Positions 1 to 8,926 of a stretch of 45,062 bases of DNA are shown here, one piece after another; within the stretch, counting starts at the first letter, position 1; each line of letters begins with the position of its first letter. Under the pieces are notes generated by a model. That model saw only the letters and a list, made by a program, of their open reading frames with translations, searched no databases and was not told the DNA's origin. Both the position numbers and the translations under genes were made by a program. Source of the stretch: Candidatus Thorarchaeota archaeon (GTDB taxonomy: Archaea; Asgardarchaeota; Thorarchaeia; Thorarchaeales; Thorarchaeaceae); the NCBI GenBank assembly GCA_003345595.1, contig PRDI01000096.1, positions 1 to 45,062 of the forward strand, given 5' to 3'.

Positions 1-1305
1 TCCGCCATCCTCCGAGAGCGTTTCAAGTGTCAGCTTCTGTTCTCCTCTCTTCACCGACATCTTCAATGCGCGCACAGCGACCTTCGTCAACAGACCAGGA
101 TCGAACTGCTTGTCGATTCCCTTCAGGGTATCCAGATATGCTCTGAAATCCTCTTCTGGGTTTTCGATGAGGTATTCGGATTCCATTTCGGGATACGCGA
201 ACTGAGATGGCTCGATATTGGGTCGCTGGGTCGTCCAAACAAGCTGGACAATGTTGTACTGTGAACCTGGCTGCATGACCTTTGTCCTGTAGGATTCCAT
301 GGCGTCACTCGCGTCAAGGTTGCCAACATTGGAAGACCCTCGAAAGACAAGCCGAATTCTTGCAGCAGTTGTCGAATCCCAAGCCCCTTTCATGCCCTTC
401 TCAGTAAACCAAGCATCGAGTTTCTCGACCAATGAGTCAGCCGTGCCAACATCATCAGTCGTCATTCTGCGATTGTACACTGGCCGCTTGAAGGTGAAGT
501 AATGTGGGGATATGGCCGGGGGTTTGCCCTTGGCTAATTCGGCTACCAGGAAACCCTTCTTGTGTCCAGACTCGTCGAATCTCCATCTCTCCGTCGATCC
601 AGCGTACCAAGCGTTCTCAGAGTGCTTGTGTTGTCTATGGTCATGACCGAGAGCAATGTAGTCGTATCCCATGCTAAAGATGGAGGGGTGCAGTGTATGG
701 TCTAGGTCCATTCCATGAACAACAGCTACGGAGAGCCTCCGACTCTCAGGACGCTGGCACGTCAGTATCCAGTCGTTGAATTCGGCTGCCAGATCCGATG
801 ACTCAATTATGCTTGCACTCATGTATGGAAAACAGAACACGTCCAGCTCGCCATATGAGAACTTCAGGGGCTCATGCTTGTTGAGCGCCCGCTTTAGGTC
901 GACATGTGTGGCCACATTCAAGCGTGAGATCGACATTCTAAGAGAATCGAGGAGCGACACATCTAGTGACCTGTACAAACCATGGTTGCCTTCTATCACA
1001 AGGACAGGAACTCCTGTCTTCTCCGTGAACCCTTTCAGAACAGAAAGTGCAGTTTCCTGAGCAACAACCGGTGGTTGGGATGGGTTGTCATCAGAGGGCG
1101 AGTCATAAAGGTCACCTGAGTGAACCACTAAGTCGACAGGAGGATCAAGCGATGCAATCGTGTCGAAGACTTCTGCAAAACGTTCGTAGAAGTCGTTCTC
1201 TAGGAGACGGGTACGCATCTCAACCGCCCATACATCTGATCTGACACCCTCTCTGGGTCGAGTACCCAAATGTGTGTCCGATGTGTGAGCGATGCGTACC
1301 ACCAT
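1..1305 (-). CDS. mre11: Mre11 DNA double-strand break repair nuclease (C-terminus runs off the window edge)
   Basis: Not in the ORF track. Manual translation from ATG 1305 is open to position 1: MVVRIAHTSDTHLG...VVHSGDLYD...VIEGNHG...AVVHG...YIALGHDH...YAGSTERWRFDE, which are calcineurin-like phosphoesterase motifs I-V. Directly downstream of herA. Confidence 0.92.
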   Translation of the reverse strand, partial: MVVRIAHTSDTHLGTRPREGVRSDVWAVEMRTRLLENDFYERFAEVFDTIASLDPPVDLVVHSGDLYDSPSDDNPSQPPVVAQETALSVLKGFTEKTGVPVLVIEGNHGLYRSLDVSLLDSLRMSISRLNVATHVDLKRALNKHEPLKFSYGELDVFCFPYMSASIIESSDLAAEFNDWILTCQRPESRRLSVAVVHGMDLDHTLHPSIFSMGYDYIALGHDHRQHKHSENAWYAGSTERWRFDESGHKKGFLVAELAKGKPPAISPHYFTFKRPVYNRRMTTDDVGTADSLVEKLDAWFTEKGMKGAWDSTTAARIRLVFRGSSNVGNLDASDAMESYRTKVMQPGSQYNIVQLVWTTQRPNIEPSQFAYPEMESEYLIENPEEDFRAYLDTLKGIDKQFDPGLLTKVAVRALKMSVKRGEQKLTLETLSEDGG

Positions 1306-1316
1306 CAAGTAGCGCC

Positions 1317-3080
1317 TCAGAAAGTGTGTTTCTCACTAGCCCGTGTGGCTTTGGATGCTTTGTAACGACTCTTGTCCCGCTCAAAAAGGGTGTCGAAAAG
1401 GGGGATTCGGACCGGCAAGGGGAGCTCACGATATGACGCTGTGACTATTGCCTCCCCTCTGGCCATGACTCGAAACTCGTCTTCGAAGCCCGATATGTTG
1501 ACACTTGCATTTTCGATGCAAGCCTGGATCTCTCGTTCGTTGCCGAGTCGAAGATTGACCTCTGTGTTCATCTGACTGAGTATCACGTTGTCAAGGACGC
1601 TGACCTGCTGACTCACAACAATGAGACCGATGTTGAACTTCCTTCCTTGGCGAGAGAGGTCCTTGAAGACGGACTGCCCTCGCATGAGTTCAGGATTCAG
1701 AATGGACGGGGCTTCTTCGACTGTCACGAGGATTACGGGCATATCGCGCGGATCCCGCACACCCGACTCGTCACTCTGCCCGCCAGCCGAATAGAACGAT
1801 TTTGCCCTGGCTTTGATGCGGTTGAAGAAGGGTCCCGGGAGCCTGATTGCACCCTGACTCTCGAAATCACCAAGGGTTCCACTGCTCTTTGCAGCTCTTC
1901 TGAGATCGGAAACTGTGCGCGCGATCACCGTTGTGAGAAGGAACTGCTCTGTGTCGCTCATGAGACTCGTGTTGACTACAAGTACACGACCCGTTTCCAT
2001 GGCCACAAAGACGTCGCTCAAGATGGAAGAACCACTGCGGATGAAGATTGGCGACCGCTCAATGAAACGAAGACGACGCTGGACAGCATTAAGAGTCCCC
2101 TTCGGTGTACCTTCGGGATCATCTTTCATATCGGTAATGGCAGATATCCAGCTCTCCCGGTTCGCAGCATACTGTCCATCGATGAAAGACACCATCTGCG
2201 GCGTGAAGTCCATGATTGTGTAGAGGTCATGTGGCAGAATCTCCTCCCACAGAATGCGTATCTCTCTCCCATAGCGTTGGATCTCTCGCGGCGTTGCCTT
2301 AAGGTGTGTTGTGAGATAGTAGAAATCACCAATCACCGAAGCTCTCGTTTCTTGGTCCATTGCCTCGACTATGTCCTGAATGCCGCATGCAGTGACACCC
2401 TTGGCGAACTCATCGTGAGGATCTATGCAGAATGCTGAGATACGAGGCCGTTTCTCATTTGGGTTGCGACTCGCTTCGAGATTGGAGTCCAGAATCGACT
2501 TGATCAGGACCATCATCAGGTTGCTCTTTCCCGAACCTGTGGAGCCAAATATGCCCATGTGCATGGGTAGATACTTCGATGGTATCTTGACCGGGACGTC
2601 CAGCGTTGCTTCTCCGACCTGCAGGTTTCCAATGAACACTTCACCGTCAGTTTGACTCGCCAGCATCTTTCTCACAGCTTCGTCAGAAACATTCGGGACT
2701 GGGCGGTACACGTCGGCAAGATGGTCAGGAAGACGACGGGGCGATCTGAATACCCATTTCCCCTTCTCAAGTTCAGCGTATCCGAGCATCTTCCCGCCCA
2801 CTTGAAGAAGCATATTCCTCTGGATGCCGGAGAGGTAAGCGTCACCCTCGACCATGAGAGTCCCAGCCACGCGGGCCATATCATCCACCTGTCGGAGGTA
2901 GTTCTGAAGTGCGAGGACACGGAAGAAGAATACACGTTCGTGACCATCGCGGTGGGAGTATATCATGAATATCTCGCCCACGCTCACGTCACGGTTGTTG
3001 CCCATGATTCCAAGCGATGTCTGATCACCCACACTGACCTTGCCATAGAGCTCTCCAAGATTCCGTATATCTAGTGTCAT
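1317..3080 (-). CDS. herA: HerA bipolar helicase/translocase
   Basis: N-terminal HAS-barrel-like region, Walker A HMGIFGSTGSGKS, IDPHDEF, Walker B VTVEEAP, RQGRKFNIGLIVVSQ. Lies between nurA and mre11. Confidence 0.93.
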   Translation of the reverse strand: MTLDIRNLGELYGKVSVGDQTSLGIMGNNRDVSVGEIFMIYSHRDGHERVFFFRVLALQNYLRQVDDMARVAGTLMVEGDAYLSGIQRNMLLQVGGKMLGYAELEKGKWVFRSPRRLPDHLADVYRPVPNVSDEAVRKMLASQTDGEVFIGNLQVGEATLDVPVKIPSKYLPMHMGIFGSTGSGKSNLMMVLIKSILDSNLEASRNPNEKRPRISAFCIDPHDEFAKGVTACGIQDIVEAMDQETRASVIGDFYYLTTHLKATPREIQRYGREIRILWEEILPHDLYTIMDFTPQMVSFIDGQYAANRESWISAITDMKDDPEGTPKGTLNAVQRRLRFIERSPIFIRSGSSILSDVFVAMETGRVLVVNTSLMSDTEQFLLTTVIARTVSDLRRAAKSSGTLGDFESQGAIRLPGPFFNRIKARAKSFYSAGGQSDESGVRDPRDMPVILVTVEEAPSILNPELMRGQSVFKDLSRQGRKFNIGLIVVSQQVSVLDNVILSQMNTEVNLRLGNEREIQACIENASVNISGFEDEFRVMARGEAIVTASYRELPLPVRIPLFDTLFERDKSRYKASKATRASEKHTF

Positions 3081-3102
3081 GACTCTCTACCTCTCACATC
3101 AT

Positions 3103-4398
3103 CTACAGATTGAAGTCCTCCCTATATGGGGTCGTCCGGCGGGGGTCCAACCCCAACTCATGGCGAACATCACCTGCCACCTCTCTCGCCAGCCTGAGAT
3201 CCTCGTAACTAAGCTTACACTCCTCGTGTGCCAGTGCAAGAGCAACCGGATAGCCGTACCATCTCGCGTCTCTAGACATGAATTCGATCTCCTGAAACAG
3301 AGCCTTTTCGTTTTCTCGGGTCTTCGAAGGGTCGTCCTGGACGAACACGTTCTCAAGCCACCAGATTCTGTCGAAATCGATCCTTGACGGACGGTTGTCC
3401 ATTGAGAAGCTGAATAGGTAGGGGACCGCCAACCGAGGTGGAATATATGTCCGGTCCTGATAAATGTAGAGACCGCCACCAGGGTCTTCGCTACCCGGAA
3501 GAAGACAGAACCACTTTGAGCCTTCTCCGAACGCTTCCTGAGCCATCCTAGCAATACGATGGGCAAAGGGGATAGTGTGGTTCTTGCTCACAGCACACAG
3601 GACCACGTGTTTCTCTCTGGCGAGCGAGCATAGCTCTCTCAGCATGAAACCACTAGGCATGGACGGGTACTGACGTGCTTGGTGCATGAAGATTGACATT
3701 GCGCCATCAAGCAGCAGATACTTGGGTTGAATGCTGCTGGTCAGGACTATTCTTGCAGCAGCATACTCAGAAGCGGTTCGCAGTTCATCATGCACCGCTG
3801 GGTTGGTCAGCATCTGCTCTCTTGTGATCAACGACTCCATTGTTCCTAGCGATGAAGTGTAGGCGCCATAGTTAGTCCCCGACAAGTCGGACATCGACTT
3901 CAATTGCCGCTTCATAATATCCCTGAAGAATGGCAGTACGAGTGCGTCAGAGTCTTTCAGCGGGTAGATCTCTGCAAGCGAATCTGCCATCTTCGTTCGA
4001 GCATCTCCCCTCACTCCTGAGTGCCAGTGGCAGTCCAGAAACGGCTGAGCGCGCCCGAACGCGTTCTCAAGCGTTGCCCTGTCCAACGGCCTGAACGGAT
4101 CTCCTGCGCGAGTATTCGTGTCGAGTACAACAGTTGAAGTGCTCAGCAGATGAACTCTGACATCGTCGAGAGTCATGAGGTCACCTGAGCCAGAACCGTC
4201 AACGGCAGCTATGAGGTAGTCCTCATCCAGAGTATCGTCCGAAGCATGGGGGGTAACAGTATCAAGGAGCTCCTCTCTTATTCGGACTTCGTCCTTGGCG
4301 AACTCCTTCTCATCGCTACGATCCTGCTGGTTCTCGATGTCTCTGAAGGTGAGCTTGAGTTTGCCCCTGAAGTCGTCAGTGAGAATCCGTTCGAGCAT
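3103..4398 (-). CDS. nurA: NurA 5'-3' nuclease
   Basis: Motifs IAAVDGSG, LLLDGA, AVSK and GYPVALALAHEEC. Start moved to ATG 4398 (preceded by GAGGGG); the ORF-track extension to 4602 looks non-coding. Confidence 0.9.
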   Translation of the reverse strand: MLERILTDDFRGKLKLTFRDIENQQDRSDEKEFAKDEVRIREELLDTVTPHASDDTLDEDYLIAAVDGSGSGDLMTLDDVRVHLLSTSTVVLDTNTRAGDPFRPLDRATLENAFGRAQPFLDCHWHSGVRGDARTKMADSLAEIYPLKDSDALVLPFFRDIMKRQLKSMSDLSGTNYGAYTSSLGTMESLITREQMLTNPAVHDELRTASEYAAARIVLTSSIQPKYLLLDGAMSIFMHQARQYPSMPSGFMLRELCSLAREKHVVLCAVSKNHTIPFAHRIARMAQEAFGEGSKWFCLLPGSEDPGGGLYIYQDRTYIPPRLAVPYLFSFSMDNRPSRIDFDRIWWLENVFVQDDPSKTRENEKALFQEIEFMSRDARWYGYPVALALAHEECKLSYEDLRLAREVAGDVRHELGLDPRRTTPYREDFNL

Positions 4399-4467
4399 GA
4401 AAACCCCTCTTGCAGTTTGCTTCTGAGCCAAGTCTAAGCGTCTGCCAGACAATAGTCCCGATGGGCT

Positions 4468-4480
4468 CATAAAAAGATAG
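4468..4480 (-). promoter_or_regulatory. Putative TATA-like promoter of the nurA-herA-mre11 operon
   Basis: Minus strand reads CTATCTTTTTATG about 70 nt upstream of the nurA start. Confidence 0.3.
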
Positions 4481-4602
4481 CACTCGGCGAGTATGAGTCT
4501 GCAGGCATGGAGCGTCACTGTGCAACTATGTGATGTCCGAGACGGAGCTCTCTCGACACGGCCGAAGGCCGCGGTCTCCTGTTTTGACACGTGTGAAGCC
4601 AA

Positions 4603-5235
4603 TCACTTTGTTTCTGCAACAAACTTGCTCGCAAGCTGCACTGCGCTGAGAGCATCCCTGCCAAAAGCATCGGCGCCCGTGAACTTGACGGTTTCTTGGT
4701 TGATGTCACCGCCACCTATCATCACCTTGACCTTTTTCCGGATTCCCGCAGTCTTGAGGGCCTCGATAGTTGTCCGCATCACATCATGAGTTGTAGTGAT
4801 AAGCCCACTCAGTGCCAAGACGGGCGCTCCAGTTTCTTTCAGTTTGCTGACGAACATCTCCGGAGCAACGTCTTCGCCGAGATCGTAGACATCAAAGCCA
4901 TTCGACTTCAGGAAAGCCACTACCAAGTTCTTGCCGATGTAATGGATGTCACCCTTGACTGTGCCAATCACCACCTTTCCTCTCTCAGTGGCACGTTGAG
5001 TGGAAAGCAGCTTTGGCTCCAGGAGGGCCATCGCTTTCTTGAAAACGTCAGCAGACATGACCAGCTCCACCAAGAAGTACTCATTCTTGGAGAACTTGTC
5101 ACCCACAATGTCCATCCCACGTCTCAAGTCATCAAGAATCTGTACTGGTGCCGTTCCTGCCGACAGTTGCCTGCTCACCAGCTCCATCACTTTCTGGTCA
5201 TCAAGGTCGGCCATAGCCTGCGTCAGTTCGTTCAT
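4603..5235 (-). CDS. Corrinoid (B12-binding) methyltransferase protein, MtaC/MtbC/MttC-like
   Basis: Helical cap domain plus Rossmann B12 domain with GTVKGDIHYIGKNLV (DxHxxG), LSGL and VMIGGG. Confidence 0.93.
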   Translation of the reverse strand: MNELTQAMADLDDQKVMELVSRQLSAGTAPVQILDDLRRGMDIVGDKFSKNEYFLVELVMSADVFKKAMALLEPKLLSTQRATERGKVVIGTVKGDIHYIGKNLVVAFLKSNGFDVYDLGEDVAPEMFVSKLKETGAPVLALSGLITTTHDVMRTTIEALKTAGIRKKVKVMIGGGDINQETVKFTGADAFGRDALSAVQLASKFVAETK

Positions 5236-5361
5236 CTGCTTCTTGCCTCAGCCATTGGCGATACGTTGGCTTTGAGCCTGCAAGCCGCTTAGTTCAAGCC
5301 CAGCCATGCTTGCTGACCAAGCAGCCTTCATGCAGACCTGACCTGCTGACAGATTCATCCA

Positions 5362-5374
5362 GCATATATCTTTC
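5362..5374 (-). promoter_or_regulatory. Putative BRE/TATA promoter of the corrinoid protein gene
   Basis: Minus strand reads GAAAGATATATG (purine-rich BRE plus TATA) in the intergenic gap. Confidence 0.4.
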
Positions 5375-5389
5375 ATTGTGGATACTTGT

Positions 5390-7006
5390 CTACACCATAC
5401 CCTGCGGCTCGGATTCCAGCAAGGTGGCCTCCATGAACATTTGAGCAAACGAAGGATGAGTAGCAAGTTCGATGTATTCCACCTCGTCTATCAGCCGCTC
5501 TGCATGTGCCCTCTCGCGGGAAGACAGCAGCAGTCTTTTGGCACCCTCTCCCGCAGCATTGCCAACCGGAACTATCCTGTCAACAGGAATCGGTGGGAAG
5601 AGGCCAATGCGAAGGGCGCTCTCAGGGCGTAGGTAGTTGCCAAAGGCTCCAGCCAGAAACAAGAGATCAATGTCTGCAGGCCGAACACCGCAGACCTCCA
5701 TCAGCACTCTGGTACCTGCAGATATTGCCGCCTTGGCGAGCTGGACTTGCCTCACGTCACTCTGTGTGAAGACGATGCGCGATTCTGTGTCGGAATCTAC
5801 TGACCCTGTGAGGACATAGTAGAGACCTTGTTCGCCGCGATTGACTCTCGCCGAGGGATACATTCGTCCTTTTCTGTCTACGATGCCAACCCTTCTGAGC
5901 TCGGCCACTGTGTCGAGAATCCCTGAACCGCATAGACCCTGAGGAGGACTATCACCTATTACGAAAAGATCTGGCGGATTTTCTGGAGCGTCAATATGTA
6001 CGTGCTCTATCGCACCATCTTGTCCTCTCATACCATGGGTGATTCTTGCTCCCTCAAACGCCGGACCGGCAGCTGCAGAACAGCAGACCGCCTTTCCGTT
6101 GTGTGCCAGCACAATCTCGGCGTTAGTACCGATATCGATGCCCAAGATGGTATCCTTTCCCGAATCCAATCCCTGAGAGAGGATGAACCCCACTGCGTCA
6201 CCTCCCACAAAGCCCGCAATGTTCGGAGCGATATACGCTTCAGCCGAACCGACCGACTTCAGGCCGAGTGACTCGACGCTGGATGTCACCGAATGGCGCA
6301 TGAGCGGCTTGTATGGAGCAAGTCCTAGCGTGGAAACGTCCAAGCCCAACAGAAGATGGTGCATTGCAGTGTTACCGACGATTGAGAGCCGGGACACGAC
6401 CTTTGGCGACATTGCCGCTATTGTCAGTAGTTGCATGACAAGCTCGTCGATGCAAGATAGTATTCTTTCCCGGAGAGCAGCCCCGCCACTCTCTGCACGG
6501 GTCGCGAAGTCTATCCGCGACATGACATCCTCGCCGAAAGCAATCTGGGGGTTTAACGTGGCTGCCTGTGCGAGTTGGACTCCTGTTTGTAGGTCCATAA
6601 GGTAGGCGACCACGGTTGTTGTCCCAAGATCGATGGCCACACCCTTCTGACCTACCAGACCCGGGTCGCGCTGGCGTTTCATCGGCTTGGACTTTCCGCT
6701 TGTCAGTATCTTCGCCTGCACCGTCTGCGGAAGAGTGACCCACGTTCTCCTGTCAATCACATGCTCGCAGGCCAGACGAAAGCCCGTAGCTATCTCAAAT
6801 GGAGAGAGATGACGTAGATCCTTCTCTGTAGGGATAGAAACGGGTCGGAATGTTACCCTGCATTTGCCGCAGGTGCCTTGCCCACCGCAATCTGACGGAA
6901 TGAACAGACCGAGGCTCCGCGCCGCCTCAAGGATTGTCGTTGTTGAATTCACTGAAACACTGTATCCGGAGGGCTCGAAAGCCACGACATGTCTGGGCAC
7001 GTGCAT
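5390..7006 (-). CDS. Reductive activator of corrinoid enzymes (RACE/RamA-like): 2Fe-2S ferredoxin plus ASKHA ATPase
   Basis: CGGQGTCGKC...RLAC 2Fe-2S motif; AIDLGTTT, FGEDVMSRI, GNTAMHHL, DIGTNAEI, AAGPAFEG, GLCGSG, LAGAFG, GNAA. Confidence 0.92.
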   Translation of the reverse strand: MHVPRHVVAFEPSGYSVSVNSTTTILEAARSLGLFIPSDCGGQGTCGKCRVTFRPVSIPTEKDLRHLSPFEIATGFRLACEHVIDRRTWVTLPQTVQAKILTSGKSKPMKRQRDPGLVGQKGVAIDLGTTTVVAYLMDLQTGVQLAQAATLNPQIAFGEDVMSRIDFATRAESGGAALRERILSCIDELVMQLLTIAAMSPKVVSRLSIVGNTAMHHLLLGLDVSTLGLAPYKPLMRHSVTSSVESLGLKSVGSAEAYIAPNIAGFVGGDAVGFILSQGLDSGKDTILGIDIGTNAEIVLAHNGKAVCCSAAAGPAFEGARITHGMRGQDGAIEHVHIDAPENPPDLFVIGDSPPQGLCGSGILDTVAELRRVGIVDRKGRMYPSARVNRGEQGLYYVLTGSVDSDTESRIVFTQSDVRQVQLAKAAISAGTRVLMEVCGVRPADIDLLFLAGAFGNYLRPESALRIGLFPPIPVDRIVPVGNAAGEGAKRLLLSSRERAHAERLIDEVEYIELATHPSFAQMFMEATLLESEPQGMV

Positions 7007-7011
7007 GCCAC

Positions 7012-7917
7012 CTAACCAATCTTGAAACGGGGGTGTTGACGGTCGGGGCGGATTCTCTTCTCAAGTAGAACTCCCGAAAGGGCCGTGTCGATCATCGCTA
7101 CCGATGGAAACACCGTAGGAGCATACTTGACAGGACCGTACAAGACAAAGTCAGCGCCAAGCACAACGGGCATTAGACTCGACCCAACAAGGGCTGGCAT
7201 CTTGGCCTCCTTTCCGAACTTCGGAACAAGTCCGGTCCACATGTTAACTGCATTGTGAGCCCCACATCCGACTGGCAGCCCGTATTTCTCCTTCAGGAGT
7301 TGCATCGCTTTGCATGCCAAACCAAGCGTCAACAGGTCCACCACGCCTGTGTCAATCAGTATGTTGGTAGCTCCTGCTTTTGCGGCTTTGCCAATCAGGA
7401 CATCTGCTGTTTCAACTCTCTTCATCGCGGAGGCCATGGCTTCCTTTGAGAATGCGAGAAGTAACGTATTCTTGAGCTTGCTGTCCTTTATCCTATCGTA
7501 GGTTGCGTCGCCAGTTTCAGATGTCAGTGAGTTCAGCATGACTCTGTCCAATAGGCCGGCTTCGCGCGCGAAATCGATTCCAGATAGGTTCACCTCTTCT
7601 GAGCCAGAGCCATCGATGAGCAAGGGCATGTCAGTGAGATCTGCAGCCAATGACAGGTACTTTCTGATCGCCGTCGACGATGACGCGACGACATCCAGCA
7701 TGCTTGGGAGCCCAGTCTTCTCGGAAACCTCAACTAATGCATGCAGGATTCTCTCGGTTTCAGACCTGTCTACCTCCCCTGTCTTGGGGTCAAGGACAAT
7801 CTTGTCCTTAGAGTAAAAGATGGAGCCGATAAGGACAGTAGGGGCAAGTCCGGGTGTCCCACCTATCTTCACGTTGCCAATCTCAAGAGTCTTTTGCTGT
7901 GTTGTATAGTCGAACAA
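7012..7917 (-). CDS. MtrH-family methylcobalamin:pterin (H4MPT/H4F) methyltransferase
   Basis: IGNVKIGGTPG...PTVLIGSIFY, GLPVGCGAHNA and GADFVLYGP are typical of the MtrH/MtgA family. TTG start. Confidence 0.9.
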   Translation of the reverse strand: MFDYTTQQKTLEIGNVKIGGTPGLAPTVLIGSIFYSKDKIVLDPKTGEVDRSETERILHALVEVSEKTGLPSMLDVVASSSTAIRKYLSLAADLTDMPLLIDGSGSEEVNLSGIDFAREAGLLDRVMLNSLTSETGDATYDRIKDSKLKNTLLLAFSKEAMASAMKRVETADVLIGKAAKAGATNILIDTGVVDLLTLGLACKAMQLLKEKYGLPVGCGAHNAVNMWTGLVPKFGKEAKMPALVGSSLMPVVLGADFVLYGPVKYAPTVFPSVAMIDTALSGVLLEKRIRPDRQHPRFKIG

Positions 7918-8148
7918 GGCTTCGGTCTCCAGGGCTCAGTCAGAGCAGAAACAGCTGAGTCATGAGGTCAAGCGAGCGGTGTGCCTCAATAACCTTTTCA
8001 CAGGACCGTTCGAAATACCACGATAACATATGATTCTCGCCCGACTAGCCGATAGAGGCCCAATTTCCTTTTAAGGAACCGGACTAACGATTTTTCAACT
8101 GCAAGAGTTCCGGCCTGCCGACAGCCTCGCGGGACCAAGGGATGTGGT

Positions 8149-8847
8149 TTGTTGCTCAAGATCACCTACTTCGGTCAAACATCTTTTAGACTGGAGTCCA
8201 AGGAGACCTCTGTCCTGTTGAACCCAGGAACGTGGGACGGCAAACCGGTGGTGCCCGAGAGCCACGACGTCCGAATCATTGTGGCAACAAACCAAATGGA
8301 TGATGCACTCGGCAATGCGACCGCAATCGCTGCGAGGTCCAAGGCATGGATACTTGGTGATGAACAGACAGTCGATAAGGTGAAAGCACAGGGCGGCAAG
8401 CCTTGGCTTCTTCATGTCCTGAAGGGCGAGGAGCCCTATCAGATTCCAGGCCTGAAGATTACACCTCATTCTCTTCAAAGACGAGACACAAAGACTGGTG
8501 ACAAGATTCAGAACCTGGGTCTGTACATCGAGATGGCAGGAATGAAAGTTTCCTATCTTGGAGACACAATAGTCAGGGGTCCCTTCGAGCATCTACAGGC
8601 AGATGTCCTCATCGTACCAGTAGGAGATGGAGAGGTGTTTGCTGTCAAAGATGCTGTCAGCCTCTGCGTTGACTCAAAGCCTCGCATTGGCGTCCCCATG
8701 AGATGGACCACACCAGATCAGAAGAGCAAGTTCGCGAAGTATGTGGACCAGTTTGGCGGTGGGACAACCCCCATGCTCATGGAACCAAAACAGGTCTTGG
8801 AAATCCAGTGGGCCGCAGGCAACGAGTTCAGGTACAAGTTGTCCTGA
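8149..8847 (+). CDS. MBL-fold (UPF0173/UlaG-like) protein with degenerate metal site
   Basis: KITYFGQTSFRLE, YLGDT and ADVLIVPVG give the fold signature, but HxHxDH is replaced by TNQMDD and PMHW by PMRW. Confidence 0.8.
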   Translation: MLLKITYFGQTSFRLESKETSVLLNPGTWDGKPVVPESHDVRIIVATNQMDDALGNATAIAARSKAWILGDEQTVDKVKAQGGKPWLLHVLKGEEPYQIPGLKITPHSLQRRDTKTGDKIQNLGLYIEMAGMKVSYLGDTIVRGPFEHLQADVLIVPVGDGEVFAVKDAVSLCVDSKPRIGVPMRWTTPDQKSKFAKYVDQFGGGTTPMLMEPKQVLEIQWAAGNEFRYKLS

Positions 8848-8926
8848 TTCCTTCTTGCGAGTTGTGGCAGTCCGGAGCGACATGAGCCCGAAAGGGTTGG
8901 CAGTGGGACAGGCAGGTGAGCCATGG

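Noticed and set aside
1690-1740. HerA Walker B region EEAP instead of EEAH as a sign of inactivation
   Set aside because: The acidic residues, Walker A and arginine finger are intact, and I recall EEAP as an ordinary variant in HerA subfamilies.
1647-2438. Long antisense ORFs (e.g. 1647-2438, 4696-5292, 9080-9559)
   Set aside because: Shadow frames opposite well-conserved genes, with no motifs.
1-4398. HerA/NurA as an anti-phage defence system
   Set aside because: The nurA-herA-mre11 context is the housekeeping archaeal DSB resection operon. There is no Sir2 or DUF4297 partner.
4399-4602. 68-aa N-terminal extension of NurA in the ORF track
   Set aside because: Non-protein-like sequence containing a TATA-like element. 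A better RBS plus ATG exists at 4398.
4603-7917. Pyrrolysine (TAG) or selenocysteine (TGA) read-through in the methyltransferase and redox genes
   Set aside because: All these proteins are full length at their stops, and read-through of the RACE TAG gives no meaningful sequence. No MttB-type split ORF or convincing SECIS was seen.
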